A stretch of 64,000 nt of DNA from Octopus sinensis (GCF_006345805.1 NC_042997.1:160952001-161016000); one strand, 5' to 3'; positions 1 through 12,142 are shown, counted from the stretch's first letter. Numbers and translations: made by a program. The notes: a model not told the origin generated them from the letters alone.

Positions 1-690
1 CATCTTAGTAATTTCCGCTGTTTAATCTCGATTTTACTCCGACCCGGCCAGCCCCAAGGAAAAACCAAGCCACAGGCATTGGATTTCTTGGAAAGAGGGT
101 CGAATTTATACGGAACAAAGACAGAATGCCACACGAATATAAATACAAGAAACAAAAATATATATAAAAAAAAACAGAAATAAAAAACACGAATGGTGGA
201 CAGTACAAGGACAGGAGCGTCTTACGACTTTAGACAATTTTTAACTTATCTTGGCTGGCGTATATGAAAAAAGCCTTCAACGGCAAAAACGAAAACAACG
301 TGAGCGTGGCCGCGGTCAGGCCGAAATGACCAGTTTGAACGCGGTCACGTGAGAGCACGGAAGAAAGAGAAAGAAAAAAGAAAGGCAGGGAGCAAGGAAT
401 CAAAGAGAGAGGGAAAGAAAGGGACGAAGGCACCAGGGGAGAGAGAGAGAGAGAAGGGAGTAATAAGAGAGGGGAGAAGAAACAGGATTGGCACAGCAAT
501 AGAAATGACGGTGCAAATAAGGTGGGGGAAGAATCAGAGGCAAGAAAAGAGAAAGACACATACTATAGAGAGAGTGTGTAAAGACGTCGTACAAGGTAAA
601 AATGTGTAGTATACATAGGAGATAGGGGTACGTAACGCCGCAATAATATATGTATAGAAATCAAATATAAAATATAAATTACAAAGTGGG

Positions 691-736
<46 letters not shown>

Positions 737-1538
737 TAAATATAAAATATAAATTACAAAGTGGGACAAGAACGCAAAAACACACAAGGAGACGACACAA
801 AAAAACAGACGGGTCACTCGAAGCCTCTAATCTTCAGTCGGGAACCGGATCATCTTAGTAATTTCGGCTGTTTAATCTCGATATTACTCCGACCCGGCCA
901 GCCCCAAGGAAAAACCAAGCCACAGGCATTGGATTTCTTGGAAAGAGGGTCGAATGTATACGGAACAAAGACAGGATGCCACACGAATATAAATACAAGA
1001 AACAAAAATATATATAAAAAAAACAGAAATAAAAAACACGAATGGTGGACAGTACAAGGACAGGAGCGTCTTACGACTTTAGACAATTTTTAACTTATCT
1101 TGGCTGGCGTATATGAAAAAAGCCTTCAACGGCAAAAACGAAAACAACGTGAGCGTGCCGCGGTCAGGCCGAAATGACCAGTTTGAACGCGGTCACGTGA
1201 GAGCACGGAAGAAAGAGAAAGAAAAAAGAAAGGCAGGGAGCAAGGAATCAAAGAGAGAGGGAAAGAAAGGGACGAAGGCACCAGGGGAGAGAGAGAGAGA
1301 GAAGGGAGTAATAAGAGAGGGGAGAAGAAACAGGATTGGCACAGCAATAGAAATGACGGTGCAAATAAGGTGGGGGAAGAATCAGAGGCAAGAAAAGAGA
1401 AAGACACATACTATAGAGAGAGTGTGTAAAGACGTCGTACAAGGTAAAAATGTGTAGTATACATAGGAGATAGGGGTACGTAACGCCGCAATAATATATG
1501 TATAGAAATCAAATATAAAATATAAATTACAAAGTGGG

Positions 1539-1580
<42 letters not shown>
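1..1580. repeat. Tandem duplication of an ~850-bp unit (1-850, 851-~1580), probably a PLE-associated terminal repeat
   Basis: CATCTTAGTAATTT...GGCCAGCCCCAAGGAAAAACC occurs at 1 and 851. The copies are near-identical over ~700 bp, and the second ends in (TA)n. A related sequence lies at 18050-18360. The PLE link is inference. Confidence 0.85.
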
Positions 1581-1583
<3 letters not shown>

Positions 1584-2399
1584 TACTGTAAATTTAGAGT
1601 GAATACTTGATAAATGTATGCACCTGTGTATGCCAGACAGATTTATATATATATATACATACATATATATACATGTATATATTATGTTTATATATAAATC
1701 TATTTCCCTATATACTGACCCAGAACAAGAAAGACAATGACGTCAGTGGTGTGTTTCGATATAGTAGAAAATTAGTACTGTTTAGGGCTTGATAAATTAA
1801 GGGATTTGAATAAATTTTCATCGTATTTATACATCTTACTACATTTAGTGACCATATATAGCTTTAAGTTATATTACTCGCTGTGGGCATATCAAATGTT
1901 GTTTTATCTGTGAAGAAAATCAATAAGATTTGAAACCGTTCGGTTTGGTTCATTTTTGTGCTTACGGGAAGACTATAAAAGTCACTTGTTAGATACATCA
2001 CGATACAATGTTGGTTGCAAAAAAAAATGATGCATAATTAAATGATTATGTATATATGTACACAAGCCCGCTTTTGATCAATGTCATAAACAAAACATTT
2101 TCAACATTACATGACATACAAAAATAATTGATAAATGAAAAATCCTGATTATAATCGATAAGCTTTCATATTAGCTTGTTCTTAAGCTGGTTTTGTATGT
2201 TTGAGGAACTCGCTCAGCAGGTGAGCATGTTAATTACATAATCATTTAATGCTGTAACTCTCTCAACTTTGTAGATAGAGCTGCTACAATAAACAAAACT
2301 GTGAACTTTACTACTCAATGAAGGACCCCTAGCTGTAAAATTCATTCTAAAGCCTTGCGTTTATTAATGATTTTCTTTTAACAACAACGCAACATTAAC

Positions 2400-2605
2400 A
2401 ATAATGATAACAATCCTTTCAAAGCCTGAAATGTAGTTGGAAGGGCTTGTCAATCACATCGATCCCAGTACTTAATTTACCGACCTTGAACAATGAAAGG
2501 CACAGTTGACTTGGGTGGAATTTGAATACAGAACTTAAAGGCAGATAAAATGCTGTTAAACATTTAGTTCGGCATATTAACGATTATGCCAGTTTGCTGC
2601 TTTAG
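2400..2605 (-). mobile_element. Degenerate tRNA-derived SINE, family B
   Basis: Shares the GATCCCAGTAC...CGACC...GAAAGGC...GTTGAC...AATTTGAA body with the family B copies at 53388 and 56197. Confidence 0.7.
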
Positions 2606-2606
2606 C

Positions 2607-2658
<52 letters not shown>

Positions 2659-2678
2659 TAATAATAATAATAATAATA
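2607..2678. repeat. (AAT)n microsatellite at the 5' side of the Dong fragment
   Basis: Direct reading. Confidence 0.95.
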
Positions 2679-3513
2679 CTGGACTAAACTAAACGCAAAA
2701 GAAATAGACAAAGAAAAATCCCAGCAATGGTTGAGAAGCTCAGGACTCAAAGCAGAAACAGAGGGATTTTTAATTGCAGCACAAGACCAAAGCCTCCCCA
2801 CCAGAAATTACCAAAAACATGTAATGAAAAGAAATATTACAAGTAACTGCAGAATATGTGGAGATGGACAAGAAACAATAAATCATATTATCTCTAGCTG
2901 CCCAGTCCTGGCTAAGAAGGAATATATTCACAGACATGACAGAGTTGGAACCTACATACATTGGAAGCTATGCCAACATTATGGAATAACAACAGAAAAA
3001 AGATGGTATAGGCACACACCAGAAAAGGTCACAGAAAACGAGAAAGCAACCATACTCTGGGATATGCCGATACACACAGATAGAGAATTAAGGCCAACAG
3101 ACCAGATATAGTTGTCAGAGATCATGAAGAAAAAAAATGCTTTCTAATTGATGTATCAATACCGGCTGATGACAACGTGTCTCTAAAAGAAATGGAGAAA
3201 CTCTCAAAATACAAAGACCTAGAAATAGAGGTAACTAGAATGTGGAATCTGAAAACAGAAACAATTCCTATCATAGTAGGTGCATTAGGCCTGATAAAAA
3301 AATATTCAGACAAATACATAACAAAAACACCAGGACTTACAAACACATATAACATACAGAAAATTGCACTACTAGGCACTGCACACATCCTACGCAGAAC
3401 ACTTTCCATACAATAACCATCAGAGCATCACAACAAATCACAGCACATACCCAAGGCACACAGAGCTGTGCTCGGTAGTGAAGTGAAAGCACGCTATAAA
3501 AATAAAACTACTG
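2677..3513 (+). mobile_element. 5'-truncated R4/Dong-clade non-LTR retrotransposon: CCHC zinc knuckle, restriction-like endonuclease and 3' UTR
   Basis: Translates to WLRSSGLKAETEGFLIAAQDQSL, CRICGDGQETINHIISSC (CCHC), RHDRV, ILWD, (R)PDIVV...LIDVSIP and EKLSKYKDL. One frameshift near 3090, stop at 3416, followed by an (AAT)n tail. Confidence 0.93.
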
Positions 3514-3520
3514 AATAATG

Positions 3521-3553
<33 letters not shown>

Positions 3554-3565
3554 TAATAATAATAA

Positions 3566-3780
3566 TCTTTTCTACTATAGGCACAAGGCCTGTAATTAGG
3601 GAGAAAGAGACTGGTAGATTACATTAACCCCAGTGAACACTGGCACTTAATTTATCGACCCCGAAAGAATGAAAGCCAAAGTTGACCTGGGCGGAGTTTG
3701 AAAGCAGAACAAAAAGGCGGATGAAATACCGCTAAACATTTAGTCAGGTGTGCTAACGATTGCGCAAATTTTCTGCCTTA
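3566..3780 (-). mobile_element. tRNA-derived SINE, family B
   Basis: Contains TTTATCGACCCCGAAAGAATGAAAGCCAAAGTTGACC, shared with the other family B copies. Confidence 0.8.
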
Positions 3781-3813
3781 CCAACAACAGCAACAACAAC
3801 AACAATAACAATA

Positions 3814-4355
3814 ACCAGGCAGTTGCTCTCATGGCTTTTGATATTAACTGATTGGAAGTGTTATCATGTACATTGTCTTGTCTTGGTATCAAAAGATGGG
3901 TCACAGCAAATATTTTGTTCAATACCACAAATTTACTTGTCATTTGTTTGACCTTAACCAGCTGAAGATGTCCCTTAGTGGCTGACGATATGTGCATTTC
4001 TAGTCACATGCAGAAATAGTGGGGGAGCATCACAGCCATGTGCTGAGAGGAATTCTTTGGGGTTTCAATAATTCACCTCAGGAAACATGAGTATTTTGTT
4101 CATCATTCTTAAAACAACACTTATTCAGGGACTTTTGAGCAGGATGGGCTACTCGACCTGAAGAAAATTCTAACTGGATTCCAACTGCAAGGTCATGCGC
4201 TGTTTGTCTTGATATGAGATCACTATGTCGTGCACGTATGGTTGTGATGCATGTACCTGGTGTACCCTTATCGGATGGTAGACATGATGGGTATATTGGG
4301 ATTCGTATATTTGTGTCCCGGTGTCACTTTGATAGCATGCACTGCTCTCTCACTC
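3814..4355 (+). mobile_element. ~540-bp non-coding interspersed element between TAA-type arrays (copy 1)
   Basis: Aligns along its length with the reverse complement of 56180-56952. Its two ends match the mini-copy at 11757-11861. Confidence 0.8.
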
Positions 4356-4356
4356 G

Positions 4357-4394
<38 letters not shown>

Positions 4395-4422
4395 TAATAA
4401 TAATAATAAGGATGATGATGAA

Positions 4423-4476
<54 letters not shown>

Positions 4477-4498
4477 AAGGAGGAGGAGGAGGAGGATC
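4357..4498. repeat. Compound (AAT)n-(GAT)n-(GAG)n microsatellite
   Basis: Direct reading. Confidence 0.95.
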
Positions 4499-7299
4499 TC
4501 ATTTTCGATTGGGTATCAAATGAGGCAAGGCAAAACAAAGAAAAATTACAATCTGTATGTTGAGGTACATAAAATTAAACGTCGGTAGACATTTTTATTA
4601 TAATCAGTAACAGATGTTATTGTATACATATATTTGTCCGTTTAAATATGGCAAAAGCTATATTCATACAGAGAAAAATCCCATTATATTTGATTAGTCT
4701 GAGTACCTGAGGAGAATACTTAGTTAACATGTTGCCTCGTATCTTTCGCAGACAAAATGATGAATGAGGTATTTTAAAGGCAGGTGACGGTAACACTTTC
4801 AAAGAGCCATTCCAGCTCGTAGGGATCGACTGATTAAGAATACTCACAAACGATGTTTTCCCTACTTTATGAAACCTATCAGAGTGCAGCCGGTCAATAA
4901 AGTCTGGAATTGACACTGATTTCATTAGTTCGCCACCTGAGAAAGTGCCACGTCCCAGATTTGGCTCTTGTCGCATCGAACAGGTAGTTTGTGATGCCGC
5001 TCACTCTTATACAGTTCCCTTAGTGTAACCCAATCGGCTCTTGTTGCGATGGAAACAATTGACAATATAATTGAGTTGGCACTAGGTGACGTCCTTTTCA
5101 TGTTGAACTGATGGAGCGTTTGATAGATTAAGGCCCTGCTGCATCCAGGTCCTTTAGGCTGTTTCGTACACCCAGATTGCATAGGTTCTGCTGTGTTGGG
5201 AACCTTGTTGTTTATCAGCACAAAAAGAGGCCATTGTTGATAATAGGCATGCTGACAGCCCTAATTTAACAAGGGGCCGAACACAAAGGCTTCTATAACT
5301 GTAACATAACCATTTGGTGTCGTCAAATAGGAAGTAATATATATTTGCACTACACCTGCTAAAACGTGGTTGTAACACGAGGCACTGCAAAAGTAGGACA
5401 ACAGTTTCAGTATGGCGCTACAGTTCTTCGACAGGAAAAGGATTAGACGCTTGTGAAACAGAAGATTCAGTTTGCTCACGAATGTTTCGAGCTGATGGGA
5501 CTTGGATTTAATGGTCAGCTGGACAACGATTAATCTCAAGTCTATTTCTTGACAAATCGAGAACTGCTGTTGCAGATCTGTCAGCAGAACTGTCTATCGT
5601 ATCAAATACTAAAAGATAGTGTGATACGGTGGTGTTGTGAACAAAGAGAAGTACAATGGATCTGCTTGTTGGGTGTCGGCTGAAGGTTATATGACATGTG
5701 GATAGACGTACGATTTCATCTAAGATAGATTTCGGGTGATCTTGACACATACAGCTGAAGACATCTTCATATAAAATTTCTATAATATATGCAATCAGAT
5801 AAACAATTACGTTTGGTACGACACGGACACTTTATCTAATTTCATGCTCGAAAAGTTAGATTTTACTCTTTTCCTTGTGGCAACATAGTCTATTCCATTT
5901 TGCAAGCTTCTTCTACTAAATATTTGCTGACACACAGCCTCTCTAATTTCTTAGGTTTCTACTTTAATCACCAGGTAAATGGTAAAATGTTATATTTTCG
6001 TACAGACATATTGTCACGAATTCCTAAGATTTGAGTGAATCGACTGGCACTTGACTTATTTCGTTGACGCAAAATTGAAAAAGGAAAACCCTGTAGTATT
6101 TGAACTCAGAACGTGAAGTTACGAAACTAACTTCTACTAGGCACTTAATACGCCAGCCTATTGTTTATTCAGCGGTGCGAGTTTTGTTTAATGAAGTTGT
6201 TGTTGTTCAACCTCAACTCAACCCATCTGTAGCAGACCTAAGATCAAATTCGGTCCAGCTATGACCATCCCGTTGTCTATTCAAACACACACACACACAC
6301 ACACACACAAAACGCACAAACACACACACAAACACGCACACAAACACACACACTCACTCACATGAATATATTTGCCAATGTTCTATTAAGAGATATGGCC
6401 ACCATTCCGAGCTATCGCATAGGGACGTCCTGTTTGGTTTAGAAGGCCTACTCGTCCTTCCTCCTTCCTTTTACGAGCTCTAAACCACGTCTGTAGATTT
6501 GAATATTTGGATTTCTTATCAACAAATTACGAAGTTTATAAAATGCTTTTATAATGTTCAAATAAATTTAAAATATTTCAATTTATCTGAGACTACAATG
6601 TTAATTCAACAAAAGATCCTTTACATAGTCACATGAAATAACAGTCAAGTCTCCCTCAAAACACATCGTTTTACTAAAGGACACATTAAGTGATGTATGC
6701 TTAGAAACATTAAATTACAAAACAGAAAAACCGGATGATCATAGCTGGAACACTTTTGATCATTGCTCTGCTGAGCGTAATAATGAATGTTATATTACGA
6801 TATGTACGTAAGATGCTGTATAGTTGTTAAATGTTTGGAGAGAATGAATTGACCGAGATGTTAGAAAGTCAGACAGAAACCCTTGAGGTATTTGTTCCGA
6901 CGACCAACATCCTGAGTTCAAATACAGCTAGAATCAGCTTTTTTCTTTTATTCATCCGTGATCGATAAAAAAGATTTAAAAGAAAAATCCCGTTCTCCGG
7001 ATTGGCGGAACTGTTGGTACGTGGGATAGGAGGCCTTGTAATTTGCTCCGATTCATAGCGTTCTGACTTCAAATCCCTCCTTAATTGCCTCCGATTAAGT
7101 AGTAGACTTAATTAGTCACCCGGTCTAACACCATCACCAGGAACTTTGAATGTCTTCAGCACAGATCAATCTATTGCAATCATTCGGGCTTGATTTCCGG
7201 TATGAGTATATCGTCCGCCTCCCCTCATTTCTAACAGTCTTGGAGGCCAATGAGCATTGCTTTTGCTCCTTAAAGAGCTAAAGAAATTCAACAAATATT

Positions 7300-7510
7300 T
7301 TTTTTATTCTTTTACGTGTTTCGGTTATATTACTGCAGCCGTGCTGGAGCACTGCCTTGAAGGGTTCTACTTGAACATATCGGCCCTATGACTTATTTTT
7401 TAAGCCTAGTACTTATTCTATCGATCTCTGTCGACCGAACAACTAAGTTACAGAAAGGTAAACAAACCAGCACGGGTTGTCAAGAGGTGATGGAGGAACA
7501 AACACAAAAA
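7300..7510 (-). mobile_element. SINE family A, 3' part
   Basis: GCAGCCGTGCTGGAGCACTGCC...AAGCCTAGTACTTATTCTATCG matches the tail of the full copy at 58538. Confidence 0.8.
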
Positions 7511-8689
7511 CACACGCAAATACACACACACATACACACACACAGTAAGTCACATGAAAGTCTTCATGCCTAGATAGATAATGATCTTGGACACCAACCG
7601 CCTCTTACAGCTTATGTCAAAAAACTTGTAAAACAATATCTGGACTTAAAAAACATGCTAATTCACAAAAAATTCCTTTAGAATCAGATTCCAAAGGGCA
7701 AAGCTATGAGAGCAACTTGAATAATATCTGTCACTTGAGTTTTAAACCCTGTCAATCAGCAGCTGGTCTTAAAAGTTAACTAAGTGCTCCCGCCCACACT
7801 GCCGCACTTGCCCTTACTTCTCCAACACCATCCTCCACACCGGCACCCATCATCGACCCTATCATATCATTGACTCCTTCACTTGCACTTCTACCAATGT
7901 CATATACTGCATCTCCTGCTCTCTCTGCCCTTCTCTATACATCGGGCAAACGGGACACCGGTTCGCGGAACACCTCCGAGACATCCGACTCTGCAATGAA
8001 ACCCCGGTTGCGCGCCATTTCCGCTCTACTGGTCACTCTTTGCAACATCTGTCTGTGTTCGGACTGCCCTTGCACAGAGGCCATCCAGACTCCTGTTTGC
8101 GCCGTAAACAGGGATTAATCTTCTCTCTTCGCTCCTTTGCCCCACATGGGCTCAACGCTCCTCCCCTCTTCCTCTGACTCCTTCACTCTCCTCTCTCCTT
8201 CTCACACTTGCTTCCTCCCACCCACCTCTCCTCTCTTGCTCCGACTCCTACCTCTTCTCTTCATTTCCACCCAACTTCTCCCTTCCCCTCTCCTTCACCG
8301 TCACTCCTCCCTCGTAACCTGCACAATCTAACCCCACCTTCCCTATCCACCCCATCCCACCCACCCCATCCCTAACGTTCCCTCCCATATATCCCACCTC
8401 TACCCCACCCTCAGCTTAACCCACACTCCACCTTTGCTTTCCCCACACTCGCCTCCCCCACATCCCAACACCATCACACCACACACCACTACGCCATACA
8501 CCACCATACCACACAACACCACATCATATCACATCACACCACCACGCATACACTAGCACTGACCACTCCCCAGCCCCACATCCACACACCTACACATACA
8601 CACACGCACACGTCAAGGTCACCAGCCCTCTTACACATGCACATACATGCTCTTTTATACACACTCACGCGCACCTTCGTTTTGGGATC

Positions 8690-8934
8690 ACCACTACTTT
8701 ATTATATCCCCTTCTTCCTAGCTCTCCTGTGTGACCCCTCTGTTCGGCATTTGCCATGAGAGATCGCTAGCCACTACACATTCTTTATTTTCTCTCCTTG
8801 TTTGTTTGTGTTCATTTCTGTGGAAGAACGTAGGCTCGAACGTTAAAGACTTTTTCACTTCCCGAGCTTTAAACTAATACATGTTTGTTGTCTACACCAC
8901 TTGTCTTCGTCTTTTGTTTTTTGTGAATTCTCTC

Positions 8935-8935
<1 letters not shown>
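8690..8935. mobile_element. PLE-like terminal repeat fragment carrying a variant HHR-like motif (8814-8848)
   Basis: TTT-CTGTGGA-AGAAC-GTAG-GCTC-GAA-CGTT-AAAG resembles the motif at 59992-60026. It ends in a (TA)n run. Confidence 0.45.
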
Positions 8936-8982
<47 letters not shown>

Positions 8983-9967
8983 TAATAATGTGCTTTGAAT
9001 GTCACAACAATGCACTATAATAACAAAATGGACTATAATAACTGATGTAATTTAATCATCCATAGTCTGTTATAATATTTCGGAATATAAGAATTCTTTC
9101 TTCAGATATACATCCCTAGGGATTGATCGGGTCACTGCTACAATCGGTTTGCGAACGTTTTTTTTCTTCTTTTTTTTCCCGGAAGTATCTCACGAAGCTC
9201 CTTCCGCTATTCCTCGTGCGTGAGGACGGCCATGTCAACTAGCCCACTCCGGTCCCTCTCTGAGAAGACACTTTGCAAGGAAATGGGCAAGGGACAGCAA
9301 TCAATGCACACTAGCAAACTGTCCCATCCGTGACACAGACTTATGCCAACGGGTAAATGTTATGTATAGAATGCAATGTAACAAATGCAATAAGTTCTAT
9401 GTGGGTAGCACAACAAGACCGTTACACATTCAGATCAAAGAACATTTGAACATGAGAGCCTTCTCTTTCAGAAAACATCTAGACAGATGTTGGAACACCG
9501 ACAAAACCATAAGCTACAATTGAGGCTAATGAAAGAAATTTGGGTAACCTAAGAATTAAGGAAGCTATTCTCATAGACAGACTAGAGCCCCAAATCAACA
9601 ACAGGCTGGGACTTGGTAGTCAATATATTTTTTAGGTACATCTGGATACATGTAGGTTCTTTTTTGATGACATGTTCATGTATTATTAAAAAATGAAAAT
9701 TTTTAAGGGTAAAAAGGGGGGAAGGAAACGGCACATATAATACATAACTTAGAAGCGCTACGGATGTGCCTCCACACACGAGCTTGAGACATGGCCGCCC
9801 TAACGCACTTCTCACGAGGAATTCCGGAAGGAATGAGGAGACACTTCCAGGGAGAAAAAAAGTACCGTTGGAAAACCGATTGTAGCAGTGACACGATCAC
9901 TCCCTAATGATTATTATAGTCCATTGTTATTATAGTGCATTGTTGTGCTATCAAAACACATTATTAT
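8983..9967 (+). mobile_element. Penelope-like element remnant: GIY-YIG endonuclease fragment (~9320-9600) between inverted terminal repeats (8983-9236 and 9788-9967)
   Basis: Translates to CPIRDTDLCQRVNVMYRMQCNKCNKFYVGSTTRPLHIQIKEHL and RIKEAILIDRLEPQIN. The flanks are imperfect reverse complements. Confidence 0.85.
9068..9111 (-). ncRNA. Minimal hammerhead ribozyme, degenerate stem I
   Basis: Reverse complement reads GTATAT-CTGAAGA-A-AGAAT-TCTTAT-ATTC-C-GAAA-TA-TT-ATAAC. Confidence 0.6.
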
Positions 9968-10052
9968 TATTTGTTATTTTTTACAAACAATATACAATGC
10001 TTCAAGCGAACTACAATACTCTCATATAAATTTATATATATATATATATGCA

Positions 10053-10215
10053 TATACGACGGGCTTCTTTCAGTTTTCCTTTCATCAAAACTACTCACAA
10101 AGCATTGGCTGGCCCGAGACAACAGCAGAAGACATTTGCCCAAGGCGTCAAGCAGTGGGGCTGAACAGGGAACCTTGTGGGTGGGGAGGAAGCTTCTTAT
10201 CATATAGCCACGCCA
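10053..10215 (-). mobile_element. SINE family A, 5' part
   Basis: CGACGGGCTTCTTTCAG...AGAAGACATTTGCCCAAGG body with a tRNA-like head. Confidence 0.85.
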
Positions 10216-10959
10216 GATGCCAAACTTTATTTTGTTGTATCTCGGGAGGTTTATAATACCAATAATAAAGACACGCGCTGATTCGATTTTGCTTCATTAT
10301 TATTTGTCTCTTGGTTAGCTAGGTAAACAACGAAATAATCGATTTTGTGATAAATCATTCGAATAATCAATTAATGAATCAATAAAAACAATGGATAAGC
10401 AAATAAGTTATATAGCTAAAATATCAACGAATTATAGAGAGGTGAAATTGAAAGTGGGTGTGATTGTTATTAGCATAATGACATTCCCGAAATACAATAC
10501 ACTCTGCTTCAATACATGAATTCACATCAAGAGTATTGGAAATCAAATACAAAAACGAAATATATCAAATACTATTTAGCTGCGGATGTCAGCCCATTAC
10601 AGCCTTCTGACATGTTGCTGCTTGTTATCTTTCTTTCTTTCTATACGTTTCCAAAGAAACACTCATCTGATCACTTCATTTTTGAGAGAGAGAGAGAGGA
10701 GACATTATCTGTACAACACAAAATAAAGCACGTATCAGCATAAAGTATTGTTCAGAAGTAGACTTTTATCGGTTTTTTTCTCTCTCCATTGTTTATATCT
10801 TCCATTGATATTCACACAGACACACACACTTACGTAGACACACGCACACACAGACGCACACACGCACACACGCACGCACACACACACACTCATTCACTCG
10901 CTGTTCGGTTGTCAGCGGAGGTCTGCCGCAAAATAATAAGTAAATTATCAATATGCATA

Positions 10960-11200
10960 TTCGATGGTGCGTGGCATGGTGGTTAGGGGGCATTGCAATC
11001 TTAAATGTAAGATCTTGGTTGCGATTCCTGGACCAGGCGGTGCGTTGTGTTCTAGAGTGAAACATTTCTTTTCACACAGCTCCGGTCATAGTATTATTCA
11101 TTTTGGCCAGCTGGCCAAAATGAATAATTCAATGACGGACTGGCGTTCCGTCTAGCAGGGAATATTTACATCAGAGAATTCAGAAAGCCGACCTTAAGGA
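10960..11200 (+). mobile_element. Degenerate tRNA-derived SINE, family C
   Basis: Box A-like TGGCATGGTGGTTAG and box B-like GGTTGCGATTCC. The body is similar to 50667 and 58990. Confidence 0.65.
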
Positions 11201-11256
11201 TCTATGGCTGGGAATGAACCTTTGATTTGCATTTTTACTTTGTTTGTTTGTTTGTT

Positions 11257-11294
<38 letters not shown>

Positions 11295-11605
11295 ATTTAT
11301 AGTTAATTCGAGATTGTGAGTGGGATCTTGAAATAACAACCCCGTCAGAAACATGGCAGCTTTCTAAACAAAAGTGTATATTCACTTCCGTCTCATTTTT
11401 CGACACTGCATACTATAAAAATATCAAATCATTTCGTCCGAAAAGAAAAACAAAAAACAAATCTCATCTACGATCTGCTTCTTGTCCCAATCCTGATTCA
11501 AACCAGACATTAAGAATGACATTAAAAAATATTTATTGCTAAATGGTGTTTGCATATCCTTTCATTTGCTACGCAAAATCTATTATGATTTTCATATATC
11601 ATTCA

Positions 11606-11757
11606 TTTACATTATTTACATTATTTACATTATTTAGATTTGACGGATATTTGTCCTCATCTGCTGATATACTCTCCAGCCTTCATTAGGTGTCTTGAGG
11701 AAATTTCGAAGCTGGGTTCTCATTCCTAAGGTATTTTTCGATGTTATTATTATTATT
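11606..11757 (-). mobile_element. HHR-bearing short element, internally deleted copy
   Basis: Reverse complement of 12085-12250, lacking the CGAAACG segment. The core reads CTAATGA. Confidence 0.8.
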
Positions 11758-11861
11758 GAGTGAGAGAGCAGTGCATGCCAAGACAAAATAATGTACATGA
11801 TAACTCTTCCAATCAGTTAAGATCAGAAACCATGAGAGCCACTGCCTGGTACTGCATCAGG
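11757..11861 (-). mobile_element. Mini deletion derivative of the 540-bp TAA-associated element
   Basis: The two termini of the 3814 and 56180 element are joined at a CCA microhomology. Confidence 0.8.
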
Positions 11862-11863
11862 TA

Positions 11864-11865
<2 letters not shown>

Positions 11866-11909
<44 letters not shown>

Positions 11910-11946
11910 CTAACCCAAAAACTCCGAGTTCGATTCCAGTCAGTGA

Positions 11947-12037
<91 letters not shown>

Positions 12038-12090
12038 GTAGTAGTAGTAGTAATAGTAATAGTAATTATAATAATAATAATAATAATAAT
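11866..12090. repeat. (ATT)n then (AAT)n/(AGT)n arrays
   Basis: Direct reading. The array orientation flips around 11910-11950. Confidence 0.95.
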
Positions 12091-12142
12091 AACATCGTAA
12101 AATACCTTAGGAATGAGAACCCAAGTTTGAAATTTCCCCCAA

